From an uncultured Candidatus Rokubacteria bacterium (GTDB lineage: Bacteria > Methylomirabilota > Methylomirabilia > Rokubacteriales > CSP1-6), in the NCBI GenBank assembly GCA_963758635.1, contig CAVWWD010000008.1, forward strand, positions 864,001 to 928,000: DNA of 64,000 bases, read 5' to 3'. Position numbers and translations under genes: made by a program. A model generated the notes under the pieces. That model ran no database searches. It was not told the origin of the DNA and saw only the letters and a program-made list of their open reading frames with translations. Of the stretch, positions 1 to 9,997 are shown one piece after another. The stretch's first letter is position 1. Every line of letters starts with the position of its first letter.

Positions 1-1604
1 GCGCCGGCGACCTGGAGCGGGACCGCGGCGGGCTCGCCGCCGCTCCAGCGGGCAAGGAGCGCCTCGGTCCACGCGCGATTCGCGGGGAGGGACCAGTCGG
101 TGTCCGGCTCGGTGTCGAAGGGCTCGTCCGCGTCGCCGTCGGCGGCGCCCCCCGCCTCCTCGGCGCGGCGGTCCTGGGAGCGGCGGGGCGCGTCGGACAG
201 ACCCTCCACCACGGTGAACGCGGAGAGGAACCGGTCGGCCTCGCGCCGCCAGTCGTCCCCGCCCGGCGACAGCTCGAACACGTGCCGCAGGAAGTTCTCC
301 TCCGCGGTGTTCTCGTCGAGCCGCCGCACGAGGTAGGCGATGGCGCTGTGGAAGTCCTCGGCGCGGACCACGGGAGCGTAGAGGAGGAGCCCGCCCGCCT
401 CGGCCTGCACCGCCCGCGCCTGGTGGTTCGCCATGCCCTCGAGCATCTCGAACTCGACCATCGCCTCCACGCCGCGCGCGGCGCGCAGGACAAGGCCGTG
501 GGCGATGTCGAAGAGGTTGTGGCTGGCGATCCCCAGGTGGACCACGCGGGCGTGATCGGGCCGGGTGCCGTACTCGACCATGCGCTTGTAGTTGGCGTCC
601 ACCTCGGCCTTCGCCGGGTAGGGCGCCTGGGGCCAGCCGTGCAGCGACGCCTCGATCCGCTCCATGGCGAGGTTCGCGCCCTTGACGATCCGGACCTTGA
701 TCGGAACGCCGCCGCGGCGCACGCGCTCGGTGGCCCACGCGCAGAGCGCGCGCTGCGCGCGGAAGGACTCGGGCAGGTACGCCTGGAGCACGATGCCCGC
801 GGACAGCGCGAGGAACTCGTCCTCGGCGAGGACCTCCTCGAAGGCGGTCACCGTGAGGTCGAGGTCGCGGTACTCCTCCATGTCCAGGTTGATGAACTTC
901 GGGGTGACGCGGCCGTCGGGACGGGTGTAGCGATGCGCGAGCGCCTGGCGGTAGAGGGCGCGCAGGCGGTCCTTGACGCGCTCGACGGTGGGCCGGAACG
1001 CGACGAGGTTGATCTGGCTGAACACCGACGAGACCTTGACCGAGATGTACTCGACGTCGTCGCGGGCCAGGAGCGCGCGGTACGCCTCGAGGCGGCGGCC
1101 GGCCTCCGCCTCGCCGAGGATGGCCTCGCCGAGCTGGTTCAGGTTCAGCCGGATGCCGGCGCGGCGGCGCTCGGCGAGATAGGCGGCGAGCTCCTCCTCC
1201 TCGCCGGGGAGGATGAGCGACTGCGTCTCCTGGCGCAGGCGGCTCACGATGGGCGGCACGACCACGCTCGGCAGGTAGTGGCCCATGACGCCGCCGAGGA
1301 CGAGCGCGGTGCGCTCCCACCAGTCCATGTAGCGGGGCGCTCCGTAGTCGGAGAGGAGATGCGCGAGCTGGTCGGCGATCCGCTCGGGGCGACGGCTACG
1401 GAAGGCCTGATCGATCAGGGCGATCGTCAGCTCCTTGCCGTCGCGATCGCCCATCATGCGGGCGAGCTTCCGGGCCTGCGCGCGCTCGGCGGCGGTCTGG
1501 CCCGCCCGCGCCTCGCGCAGGAGCCGCTCGGCGAGCGCGACCGCCTGGTGCGGAGGGTCCTCGCGGGCGGTGGGCGTCCGAAGGTCTTTGCGGAGCTCGT
1601 CCAC
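1..1604 (-). CDS. putA: Bifunctional proline dehydrogenase / P5C dehydrogenase (N-terminal part; runs off left edge)
   Basis: Manual minus-strand translation gives PRODH motifs FINLDMEEY, RIVKGANL, IASHNLFD, FEMLEGMA, YLVRRLDENT. Absent from the ORF track because no stop lies in the window. GTG start approximate. Confidence 0.9.
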   Translation of the reverse strand, partial: MDELRKDLRTPTAREDPPHQAVALAERLLREARAGQTAAERAQARKLARMMGDRDGKELTIALIDQAFRSRRPERIADQLAHLLSDYGAPRYMDWWERTALVLGGVMGHYLPSVVVPPIVSRLRQETQSLILPGEEEELAAYLAERRRAGIRLNLNQLGEAILGEAEAGRRLEAYRALLARDDVEYISVKVSSVFSQINLVAFRPTVERVKDRLRALYRQALAHRYTRPDGRVTPKFINLDMEEYRDLDLTVTAFEEVLAEDEFLALSAGIVLQAYLPESFRAQRALCAWATERVRRGGVPIKVRIVKGANLAMERIEASLHGWPQAPYPAKAEVDANYKRMVEYGTRPDHARVVHLGIASHNLFDIAHGLVLRAARGVEAMVEFEMLEGMANHQARAVQAEAGGLLLYAPVVRAEDFHSAIAYLVRRLDENTAEENFLRHVFELSPGGDDWRREADRFLSAFTVVEGLSDAPRRSQDRRAEEAGGAADGDADEPFDTEPDTDWSLPANRAWTEALLARWSGGEPAAVPLQVAG

Positions 1605-1633
1605 GCGGAACTCGAGCGAGCGCTATCGGCCGG

Positions 1634-2849
1634 CTAGCTCCGTCCCGCGACGATCCCGGCAAGGCGGGGGCAGAGGCGGAGGGCGTTGCCGCCGAGGATC
1701 TTGCCGACGGGCCGTCGCGGTGAGCCGCGGGCGGTCCGCGACCTGCTGCACGCTCTCCGGCCACGCGGTGTCGCCGTGCGGCCAGTCGGTGGCGAAGAGC
1801 CACAGGTCCTCGCCCAGCTCCTCCACGCAGAACTCGAGCGAGCGCTCCCAGCTGTCGATGGCGTGGAAGTAGCGGCCCTCGGCCAGCACCTCGCGCGGCA
1901 GCCGCTTCAGGTTCGGCACGTGGTTGGGCGACATGATGTAGTGCGTGTCGAGCCGGTCCATGGCGAGGGGTAGCCAGCCGCCGCCCGTCTCGATGATGCC
2001 CACGCGCAGCGAGCGGAACGTGTCGAAGACGCCGCCGCCGATGAGCGCGCCGAGCGCGGCCATGCCCGCCCACGGGTTGGCGAAGCTGTGGAGCAGGAAC
2101 CACGCGCCGTCGAGGTCGAAGGTGCCCGGCCCGTAGGGCGGCCGCGCCGTGCCCCCGTGGGCGAGGAGCGGCAGGTCCAGCTCCTGGGCGGCCTCGTACA
2201 GCGGATGGAGGTCCGGATGGTCGAGCAGCTTCCCGTCCGGCGCCTGGGGAGAGATGTAGACGCCGACCAGGTTCGGGTCGCGCGCCCAGTGGCGGAGCTC
2301 GGCCACGCCCGCGGCCACGTCACGCATGTTGGCGACCAGCGTCCACGTGAGGCGGGTCGGCGCCTGGGAGCAGAAGTCGGCGACCCAGCGATGGTAGGCG
2401 CGGTACAGCGCGTTCTCGAAGTCGCCGTCGCGAAGCGCGCAATAGCTGGAGACGTGGGTCGGGTACAGCACGCCGACGTCGACCATCGCGCGGTCCATGT
2501 CCTCCACGCGCACCTTCACGTCCCAGCTCGCCTCGGGGCGGATCGGCGGTAGCGCGTCGGGCCGCCCCGGCGGAAACGCGCGCCGACCGCCTTCCATGCC
2601 GGATCGGCGGGTGAGGCCGAACGTGTCGCGCACGCCGAGCGGGCGCCCGGTCTCGATCGGCTCCACCACCGACGTGCGGCTCCCGAAGAGCGAGTAGCCG
2701 TGGCCGGCCTTCGCCTGCTGGGCGATGCCGTCGCAGAGCTGCCGGTAGGTGTCGCGGAACGCGGGATCGATGTGCCCGTCGTAGAGACGGTCGGCGCGCT
2801 CGACGATGTGGGAGTCCAGGTCGATGACGACGTCGCCGCGGAAGGCCAT
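1634..2849 (-). CDS. Amidohydrolase family protein (Amidohydro_2)
   Basis: DLDSH metal motif, LAHGG, IETGGGW, FATDWPH. A frameshift near 1705 restores ...KILGGNALRL. Confidence 0.85.
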
Positions 2850-2878
2850 GGCTCTGCTCCTCTCTCAGGTTGTGTCTC

Positions 2879-3856
2879 TCAGGACGCGAGGAAGTCCGCG
2901 AAGTACTCCTCGGGGGTGATCTTCTTGCTCGTGAAGCCGAGCCGGAACGCCTCGGACGCGAACATGTCGATCTGCGCGCGGTTCCGCTCGAAGCCGTAGG
3001 GATGGAAGTCCTCGCCCATGGCGGACGCGGTGTCTTCCAGCTCGGCCTCGAGCCAGGGCGTGGCGTAAGGGAAGCCGCTCTGCGCGGCGGTGAACGTGTC
3101 GTTGGCGGCCACGAACGCGTCGGTGAGGCGGCGGGCGATCCAGGGGTTCGCCTCGAACGCCTCGCGGCTCAGCACGATCAGGTGCTGGGGCGGGAAGGCG
3201 CCGGTCTCGCGGAAGTACCGCTGCTCGATGCTCCGGAAGTCCGGGAAGAGGCGGGCGAGGGGGCCGTTGACCGGATGGTAGGCCTGCGGGCGGGGCGGGC
3301 TGTAGATGGCCTCGAGCTCGCCGGCCAGCAGCATGTCCGTGAGGGAGCGGCCCCGCGGGGCGGCGTTCACCCCGGCGGGAAGCGTCTGGTCCATCGGCGC
3401 CGACCACGGCGTGTCGATGTCGCCGATCCACCACTGGATGGCCGCGGGGTCCACGCCCACGAAGCGCAGGAAGTGGCGATACCAGATCGAGCCGCTCGCC
3501 GTGTAGCTGTACATGCCGATGCGCCGCCCCGCGAGGTCTTCCGCTCGCTTGATCGTGCCGCCGCGGCGCACGTAGAGGTCGCGGGCGGTGAAGTTGCGAA
3601 GCGGGAACACGGGCAGCCCGACGTGCCGGCGATCGCCCTTGTCGACGCGGTAGAGGTACTGCGCCATCGACCACTCGCCGCCCTGGACGGAGGTGTCGGC
3701 GACGGCGCGGCGGAGCATCTCGGCGCGGGCCGGCCACGAGCCGCGGCGCCCGAGGATCATGGTGAGCGCGATGCCCTCCGGCTTCACCTCGCCGGTGGCC
3801 AGCGGCATGACGCGGGCGTAGTCCGCGCACGTGAGCGAGATCGGAAGGTCGGGCAT
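2879..3856 (-). CDS. 4,5-dihydroxyphthalate decarboxylase-like protein / periplasmic-binding-protein fold
   Basis: N-terminus SLTCADYARVMPLATGEVKPEGI, LPVFPLRNF, HPYGFERNR are typical of this family. Confidence 0.7.
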   Translation of the reverse strand: MPDLPISLTCADYARVMPLATGEVKPEGIALTMILGRRGSWPARAEMLRRAVADTSVQGGEWSMAQYLYRVDKGDRRHVGLPVFPLRNFTARDLYVRRGGTIKRAEDLAGRRIGMYSYTASGSIWYRHFLRFVGVDPAAIQWWIGDIDTPWSAPMDQTLPAGVNAAPRGRSLTDMLLAGELEAIYSPPRPQAYHPVNGPLARLFPDFRSIEQRYFRETGAFPPQHLIVLSREAFEANPWIARRLTDAFVAANDTFTAAQSGFPYATPWLEAELEDTASAMGEDFHPYGFERNRAQIDMFASEAFRLGFTSKKITPEEYFADFLAS

Positions 3857-3959
3857 CGTCGCCTCCGGGGAGCCGAGTGGCCGGGGAGCCCGGCGCCCGC
3901 TAGCGTATCACCAGTGCGTCCGCCGCCCCCTGGCCCGTCCGCCCCGTTACAATCGAGGC

Positions 3960-4577
3960 ATGCGCCCACGGCACTTCTCGATGATCCGCGACTTCCACGT
4001 CGCCGACCTGTTCACGCTCGCCAACGGGGCCAGTGGCACCGCGGCGATCCTGCTCGCCATGGAGCACGTGCGCGAGGCGCGGGCGAGCCGCGTGTACGGC
4101 GTGGCCCTCCTCGTGCTCGCCGCCCTCGTCTTCGACGTGCTGGACGGCCGCGTCGCGCGGCGCCGGCACACCGCCTCGCCGCTCGGCCGCGAGCTGGACT
4201 CGCTGGCCGACGTGATCAGCTTCGGCGTCGCGCCCGCGTGCCTGGCCTACGCGGTCGGCATGAGCGGCCTCTGGGACGTCCTGGCCCTGCTCTACTTCGC
4301 GGCGTGCGGGATCAGCCGTCTCGCGCGCTACAACGTGACGGCGGAGGCGGCGAGCGCGGCCGGCGAGAGCGTGACCCACTTCGAGGGGACGCCGATCCCC
4401 ACCAGCGCGCTCCTCGTCTTCCTCCTCGCCATCCTCGCCGCGATGGGCCGCATCGGCGAGCACCTGCCGCTCGGCGGCGTGCGCCTCGGGCCGTTCGAGC
4501 TGCACCCCTTCGTGCTCCTCTTCGTCGTCTCGGGCTCGCTGATGATCAGCAAGACCCTGAGGATTCCGAAGCCCTGA
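3960..4577 (+). CDS. pssA: CDP-diacylglycerol--serine O-phosphatidyltransferase
   Basis: CDP-alcohol phosphotransferase motif DVLDGRVAR...GRELDSLADVISFGVAP, RLARYN, FEGTPIP. Confidence 0.88.
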   Translation: MRPRHFSMIRDFHVADLFTLANGASGTAAILLAMEHVREARASRVYGVALLVLAALVFDVLDGRVARRRHTASPLGRELDSLADVISFGVAPACLAYAVGMSGLWDVLALLYFAACGISRLARYNVTAEAASAAGESVTHFEGTPIPTSALLVFLLAILAAMGRIGEHLPLGGVRLGPFELHPFVLLFVVSGSLMISKTLRIPKP

Positions 4578-4769
4578 GGCGCTCTCGGTCGACAAGAGCT
4601 GCACGGGGCGAGAACGAACTACGCGGCGCCTTTCGTTCCGCCGGCGCCGCGAGCCTCCGCGCCGGAGTCGTGTTTTCGCGCAGTTCGCTGGGCGCCCCGC
4701 CCTGGCATCCGTCGTGCCGCATACGGGATAGCCGCAGGTCATTCCGATCCGACACAAGGAGGCTCTCAC

Positions 4770-5033
4770 ATGAAGCGTGCGGTCATTGCCGTCGTGCTGG
4801 CGCTGTTCGTCGTCGTGGTGGCGGGCGAGGCGTGGGCCCAGGACGTAGCCGGGACGGTCAAGGTCATCCAGGTCAAGGAGCGGGTCATGACGCTGGACGA
4901 CGGGACCAAGCTCTACTGGACCGAGACCCAGACGATGGCGCCGGAGATCAAGCCGGGCGCGAAGGTGAAGGCCACCTACGAGGCGGGGCAGGACGGCAAG
5001 TACCTGCTGAAGAAGATCGAGGTGGTGAAGTAG
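4770..5033 (+). CDS. Small secreted OB-fold protein (DUF1344-like)
   Basis: Strong RBS AAGGAGG, signal peptide ending AWA, GTVK..TLDDGTK..KPGAKVKATYE. Confidence 0.7.
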   Translation: MKRAVIAVVLALFVVVVAGEAWAQDVAGTVKVIQVKERVMTLDDGTKLYWTETQTMAPEIKPGAKVKATYEAGQDGKYLLKKIEVVK

Positions 5034-5085
5034 GGCACGGATCGCGGCGGCCAGACCGGGACGGCCGCCTCATCGAAGCGACGGG

Positions 5086-5122
5086 CGGGGGAGCCGGCGG
5101 TCTCGAGCCGCCGGCTCCCCCG
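5086..5122. terminator. GC-rich hairpin between convergent genes
   Basis: 15-bp perfect stem CGGGGGAGCCGGCGG / CCGCCGGCTCCCCCG with a 7-nt loop; no U-tract. Confidence 0.55.
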
Positions 5123-5133
5123 AGTCGCCCGGG

Positions 5134-5907
5134 TCAGCTCGCGCTGCGGGCGGCCTTCAGGTCGTCGAGCTGACGGCGCGCGCCCGCGGTCAGGCACGCC
5201 ACGTCGGACGTGAGCATGATGAGGTCGAAGCCGCGCTTCACGGCGCCCGCCGCGAACGCGGCGCTCGCGCAGTGCATGCAGGCCTTGATCCCGCGCTTGT
5301 GCGCGGTGTCGCGGATCTTGTCGCACGTGGCGAGGTGGGTCGGGTCCGGGTTGTCGCCGCGCGGCGGCAGTCCGAGCGCGTACGAGAGGTCGGCGGGCCC
5401 GATGTAGACCGCGTCCAGTCCCGGCGTCGCGCAGATCGCGTCGAGGTTGTCGAGGCCTTCCTTCGTTTCGATCATCGCCAGCACCACGATCTCGCCGTTG
5501 GCCTCGGCCTGGTAGTTGGCGCCGCCGTACAGCGCGGCGCGCAGCGGCCCGGACGAGCGCATGCCCACCGGCGGATAGCGGCACGCCGCGACGGCCGCCG
5601 CCGCCTCCGCCGCGGTGTTGACCAGCGGCACGATGATCCCGTAGGCCCCGGCGTCCAGCGACCGCATGATGATGGCCGGCTCGTTCCAGGGCACGCGGAC
5701 GATCGGCACAGTGTCGGTCTGGGAGATCGCCTGGAGCATCGGCCAGAGGTCGCTGAAGTCCGACAGGCCGTGCTGCATGTCGACGCAGAGCGCGTCGAAG
5801 CCCTGGCGGGCCATCACCTCCGCGGTGAAGCCGTTCGGCACCGACAGCCAGCCCATCGTGGCGCATGCGCCGTCACGCCACATCTGCTTGATCTTGTTCG
5901 CTCGCAC
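5134..5907 (-). CDS. HpcH/HpaI aldolase family protein
   Basis: VDMQHG, PIVRVP, LDAGAYGIIVP, MIET, YIGPADLS. Confidence 0.9.
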   Translation of the reverse strand: MRANKIKQMWRDGACATMGWLSVPNGFTAEVMARQGFDALCVDMQHGLSDFSDLWPMLQAISQTDTVPIVRVPWNEPAIIMRSLDAGAYGIIVPLVNTAAEAAAAVAACRYPPVGMRSSGPLRAALYGGANYQAEANGEIVVLAMIETKEGLDNLDAICATPGLDAVYIGPADLSYALGLPPRGDNPDPTHLATCDKIRDTAHKRGIKACMHCASAAFAAGAVKRGFDLIMLTSDVACLTAGARRQLDDLKAARSAS

Positions 5908-5996
5908 GTGAGCACCTCGCGTCGTGGATTCGGCCGGCGGCCCGGCCCGGCTCTGGAGCGTAGCACAAAGCCGACATCGCGTATCATCGGCGGGCG

Positions 5997-6791
5997 ATGG
6001 CCACGAGCGACGATCGACCCGCGATGGCGGTGCGCACGCAGGGACGCGGCCCCGACGTGGTGCTCTTCCACGGCGGCATGGGCTGGTGGAAGCACTGGGC
6101 GCGGAACGTGGACGCGCTCGCCGAGCGCTTCACCGTGCACGCTCTCGACCATCCGTCGTACGGGGCGTCCGCGCCGGTGCCGCGCGAGATGACGGGCACG
6201 GAGTACCTGGACCTGATCCAGCGGCTGTTCGTCGAGTGCTTTCCCGGAGACGCGCCCCTGCGCTTCGCCGGGTTCTCCTTCGGCGGGGCCATCGCGTCGC
6301 GCCTGGCCCGGGTGCTCGGCGCCCGGGTCACGCACGTCTGCCTCGTCTCGCCCGCGGGCTTCGCGTCCCGCGGCCCGGTGGACCGGCCGACGCGCAGCTA
6401 TCGCGAGGCGGGCGACGACGACGCGTTGTTCCGGGAGATCTGCCGCCACAACCTCGCCGTGAACATGCTCGCGCGGCCGGAGAGCATCACGGACGAGGCG
6501 GTGGACATCCACGCCTACGGCGTGCGCCACACCCGCTTCAACAGCCGGAAGGTGAGCGGTGGCGGCACGCTCCTGGAGGACCTCTCGAAGCTCCCGGCGC
6601 GCGTCCGGGTGCTGTGGGGCGAGGGGGACGACTCCCCGTTCCGGCCCGCCGGGCTCCTGATCGATCGGCTGCGGGCCGCGCGGCCCGAGCCCCTCGACGT
6701 GCACCGCGTCCCCGCGGCCGGGCACTGGTCGGCCTTCGAGAACGCTCCGGAGGTCAACCGGCTGATGCTCGAGTTCTTCTCGACTTCCTGA
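5997..6791 (+). CDS. Alpha/beta fold hydrolase
   Basis: HGG oxyanion motif, GFSFGG nucleophile elbow, AGHW catalytic His. Confidence 0.88.
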   Translation: MATSDDRPAMAVRTQGRGPDVVLFHGGMGWWKHWARNVDALAERFTVHALDHPSYGASAPVPREMTGTEYLDLIQRLFVECFPGDAPLRFAGFSFGGAIASRLARVLGARVTHVCLVSPAGFASRGPVDRPTRSYREAGDDDALFREICRHNLAVNMLARPESITDEAVDIHAYGVRHTRFNSRKVSGGGTLLEDLSKLPARVRVLWGEGDDSPFRPAGLLIDRLRAARPEPLDVHRVPAAGHWSAFENAPEVNRLMLEFFSTS

Positions 6792-6833
6792 GCGCTTCTC
6801 GGCCTCCTGACCGCCGGTGGCCCGCGGCAGGGC

Positions 6834-8028
6834 TCAGGCCACCGATCCTCCGCGCCGGAGCGCGGCGATCTGCTCGGCGGTGTAGCCCAGCGCCGACAGG
6901 ACCTCGTCGGTGTGCTCGCCCACGCGCGCGGGCGGCCGCTCGAGCGAGGGGCCGTCGTGCTCGAACATGAACGCGGCGAGCGGCACGGTGACGGGCCGGT
7001 CTACCCCTGGGACCGCCTCGTGCCGGTGGAGTACACGCGCGGCTCGCCACCTGGGGATCGGCGAGAGCCTCGCGGAGCTCCCGCACGCGGGTGGCGGGCA
7101 CGTGGCGCGACTGCAGATACGCCTCCCACTCGTCCGCCGTGCGCTCCTTCATCTTCTCGGTGACGGCGGCGAGCTTCTCGTCGTATCGCGCGTAGCGCTC
7201 CTCCAGGCTCGACCGCTTGGCCTCCTCGGGATCGCCGATGGCCTCGTAGAAGCGGCGGTGCTGCCGCCCGTTGCTCGCCGCGAGCTGCACGATGCCGTCC
7301 TTGGTCGGGAAGGCCGAGGACGCGGCGAAGCGCATCTTGTTGCCGGCGCGCCGGGGATGGTGGCCCGAGTGGAGGTAGTCGGTGATGTGCGAGCCCTGGA
7401 GGATCATCGCCACGTCGAACATGGCGAGGTCGATGTACTGGCCGCGGCCGGTGCGCATGCGCTGGAAGAGCGCGGCGGAGATCGCGAAGGCGCCCATGGT
7501 GCCCGTCGCGTAGTCGATCATCGGCGCGCCCGCCTTGATGGGGCCGCTGGTCTCGGTGCCCGTGGACGCGGTGATCCCGGACGTGGCCTGGATGGCGTGG
7601 TCGTAGGCGGTCTGGCCGGTGCGCGGACCGGTCTGGCCGAACGCCGTCATCGAGGCGTAGATGAGCTTCGGATTGAGGCGGGAGAGGTCCTCGTAGCCGA
7701 GGCCGAGGGCCCGGAAGGCGCCGGGGCGGTAGTTCTCGACCAGCACGTCGGCCCAGTCGGCGACGAGGCGCTTGAGGGCGTCACGGCCCCCCTCGGTCTT
7801 CAGGTTCAGCGCGATCGCCCGCTTGTTGCCGCCCTGGGTGAGGAACCCCGTGCCCATGCCCGCGCGGTTCAGCTCGTGGTCCGCTCCGGACTCGCGGCTC
7901 TGATCGGGCTCGTTGGGGTCGTCCACCTTGATGACGTTGGCGCCGAGGACCGCGAGCTGGTAGGCGGCGAACGGGCCGGCGAGCACGTGGGTACAGTCGA
8001 CGATCTTGATGCCCTCGAACGGACGCAT
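6834..8028 (-). CDS. CaiB/BaiF family CoA-transferase (family III)
   Basis: HVLAGPFAAYQL, GGNKRAIALNLK, ENYRPG, AYDHAIQA, DYATG. Frameshift near 7040; C-terminus PARVGEHTDEVLSALGY is in another frame. Confidence 0.9.
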
Positions 8029-8209
8029 GAGTGGCCTCCTTTCGGCGTGTGGGTCGAGGGTAGCAGAAGCGAGCGCGCCTTCTCTTGAGAACGTGTGGAC
8101 TCCTGGCGCGACCGCCGGCCCGGCGGCGGCCGCGCCGGGAAGGCGCGTGCGTGCTACGCTCGACGCCGTATCCGACCGCATCGAACACCCGCACAGAGGA
8201 GGCCAACCG

Positions 8210-8512
8210 ATGGCGTCAACGCCCCTGCCGCCGTGGATCCATCCGCTCGAGCAGCGCGACCCGGAGTTCGTCCTGTCCTACATGTCCCAGCGCGAGCGCA
8301 TCCTGAAGGACGGCGCGATCCCCGCCAAGTACAAGATCCTCATGACCATGATCGTGGACGCCATCCAGTCGCATCCCGACGGCGTGGCGAACATCGCGGC
8401 GCGCGCGCGGGGCGCCGGTGCCACCGACGCCGAGATCCAGGAGGCGGTGGAGGTCGCGTACCTCTTCGGCGGCACGCCCGCCCTGGTGACCGCGATGAAC
8501 GCCTTCAAGTGA
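8210..8512 (+). CDS. Carboxymuconolactone decarboxylase (CMD/AhpD) family protein
   Basis: RBS AGGAGG; DGAIPAKYK, ARGAGATDAEIQEAVEVA. Confidence 0.85.
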   Translation: MASTPLPPWIHPLEQRDPEFVLSYMSQRERILKDGAIPAKYKILMTMIVDAIQSHPDGVANIAARARGAGATDAEIQEAVEVAYLFGGTPALVTAMNAFK

Positions 8513-8637
8513 AGCGCCCGCAGGGCGCCTCCATCACGGTCGACGCCGCTGAGGCGTTGAGCGAGCGCGCGATTCGCGAGACGCGGAACCTCGAAGACGT
8601 GGTGGCCGAGACCCTCGAACGCGAGGCCGGATGCTGA
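8509..8637 (+). CDS. Possible small ribbon-helix-helix-like protein (42 aa)
   Basis: GTGA overlap with the CMD stop; ITVDAAEALSERAIRETRNLEDVVAETL fits a beta-helix-helix pattern. Confidence 0.3.
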   Translation: MKRPQGASITVDAAEALSERAIRETRNLEDVVAETLEREAGC

Positions 8638-8915
8638 TCCTGCCGCGCCGCTGGCTCGCCAGAGGAGCGGACATGGGCGCCCGGGAGAAGTCCATCGGCG
8701 ACCGTCTGTCGAACGGGCGGCTGCCCCGAACGAAGCCCGTGACATCGCGTGCGAGCTTCGGGAGCGGACTCCTCTGCGACGGCTGCACCGGCCCGATCCT
8801 GCCGCGGGAAGTCGAGCAGCAGCACGACGTGGGAGGCGGCGTGACGCTGCGATTCCACGCTACTTGCGCGGAGATGTGGGAGCGCATGATCGCGGCGCTT
8901 CCCGCTCCGGGCTGA
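8631..8915 (+). CDS. Small hypothetical protein with putative Zn finger
   Basis: CDGC...FHATC (CxxC/HxxC) ligand set; true start may be 8673. Confidence 0.55.
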   Translation: MLILPRRWLARGADMGAREKSIGDRLSNGRLPRTKPVTSRASFGSGLLCDGCTGPILPREVEQQHDVGGGVTLRFHATCAEMWERMIAALPAPG

Positions 8916-8988
8916 GTCGGACGAAACAGATCAACGAGACCGTGCCCCACTGATGTTGCCTGTCCTGCGAGGCCGGGTCGACGGCGCG

Positions 8989-9867
8989 CTACGCCGGCCC
9001 CACCAGCCCGATGTACGCGCCGCAGGCGTTCTCCGGCAGCACGAGGACGGCGTGCTCTCCCGTGTTCCTCACGCCCCGCGCGGGCGGGGGCATGCCGTGG
9101 TCCGTCATCCATCGCACCGCCGCGTCCATGCTGCTCGTCCGGTAGAGCACCTGGAACGGTCCCGGTCCGCGGCGGGCGAGCGCTTCCGCGGCGGGCCCTG
9201 GCTCGGCAGGCTGCGCGACGGTGAGCCCCGTGGGCCCGAGGTCGAACACCGCCATGTCCGCCTTGATGACGTTGCCGCGGTGCACCTCGGGCACCGGCAT
9301 GCCGAGCACGCGGCCGTACGCCTGGGCGGCCGCGGCCACGTCGGGCACGGCGATGTAGACGCGGTCGACGCGCTGGACCCCGTTTCCGTGGACGCCCGGC
9401 CGCGGGACCTGGCGCCGGCGCTCTGCGAGCGGGGTCAGATGCTGGACGAAGAAGATCGGTAGCGGGTTCGCGGGTCCGAGGCGAGCCGCCCGCCACGCGA
9501 GCTCCTGGCCCGCCGGGGTCGTGCGCCGGCCGTCCATCACGTCGCTCACGTCCACGCCGCGCCGGCGCATCGCCGCCACGTCGGCGGCGAGGTCGTCGCT
9601 CTGCACGGCCACGTACCGGAAGCCGTCGCCGCGCTCCAGGAACGCGAGCAGCCCGGCCTCGGGCCCGGGGTCGGCCGCGGTGGCGGCGGGGTCACGGAGG
9701 GCGAGCAGCTCCAGGTAGTCGGCCTCGTTGAAGGCGATGGCGTTCTTCGTGCCGCGGCCGGGATGGACGCCGCCGGCGTGCACGTCGAAGCCGATGCACG
9801 TGTACGTCTCGACGGCGCGGTCGAGGTCCCGGACGCAGATCATCACGTGGTCGATGCGAGTCAGCAT
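8989..9867 (-). CDS. VOC family protein (two glyoxalase-like domains)
   Basis: RIDHVMICVRDL, GGVHPGRGTKNA, YLELL, HGNGVQRVDRV. Confidence 0.88.
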   Translation of the reverse strand: MLTRIDHVMICVRDLDRAVETYTCIGFDVHAGGVHPGRGTKNAIAFNEADYLELLALRDPAATAADPGPEAGLLAFLERGDGFRYVAVQSDDLAADVAAMRRRGVDVSDVMDGRRTTPAGQELAWRAARLGPANPLPIFFVQHLTPLAERRRQVPRPGVHGNGVQRVDRVYIAVPDVAAAAQAYGRVLGMPVPEVHRGNVIKADMAVFDLGPTGLTVAQPAEPGPAAEALARRGPGPFQVLYRTSSMDAAVRWMTDHGMPPPARGVRNTGEHAVLVLPENACGAYIGLVGPA

Positions 9868-9938
9868 GGAGCGCCTCCTGACGATCCGCGCGCGCGTCGC
9901 GCCCGGACCGACCAAAGATACCAGCACCCGCGCGCCGG

Positions 9939-9967
9939 TTGACACACCCTTCGCGCCTCTCTAGTCT
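9939..9967 (+). promoter_or_regulatory. Sigma70-type promoter
   Basis: TTGACA-17 bp-TAGTCT upstream of the 9998 gene. Confidence 0.65.
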
Positions 9968-9997
9968 CACGTCATGACGCACATGGAGGAGCATCCG

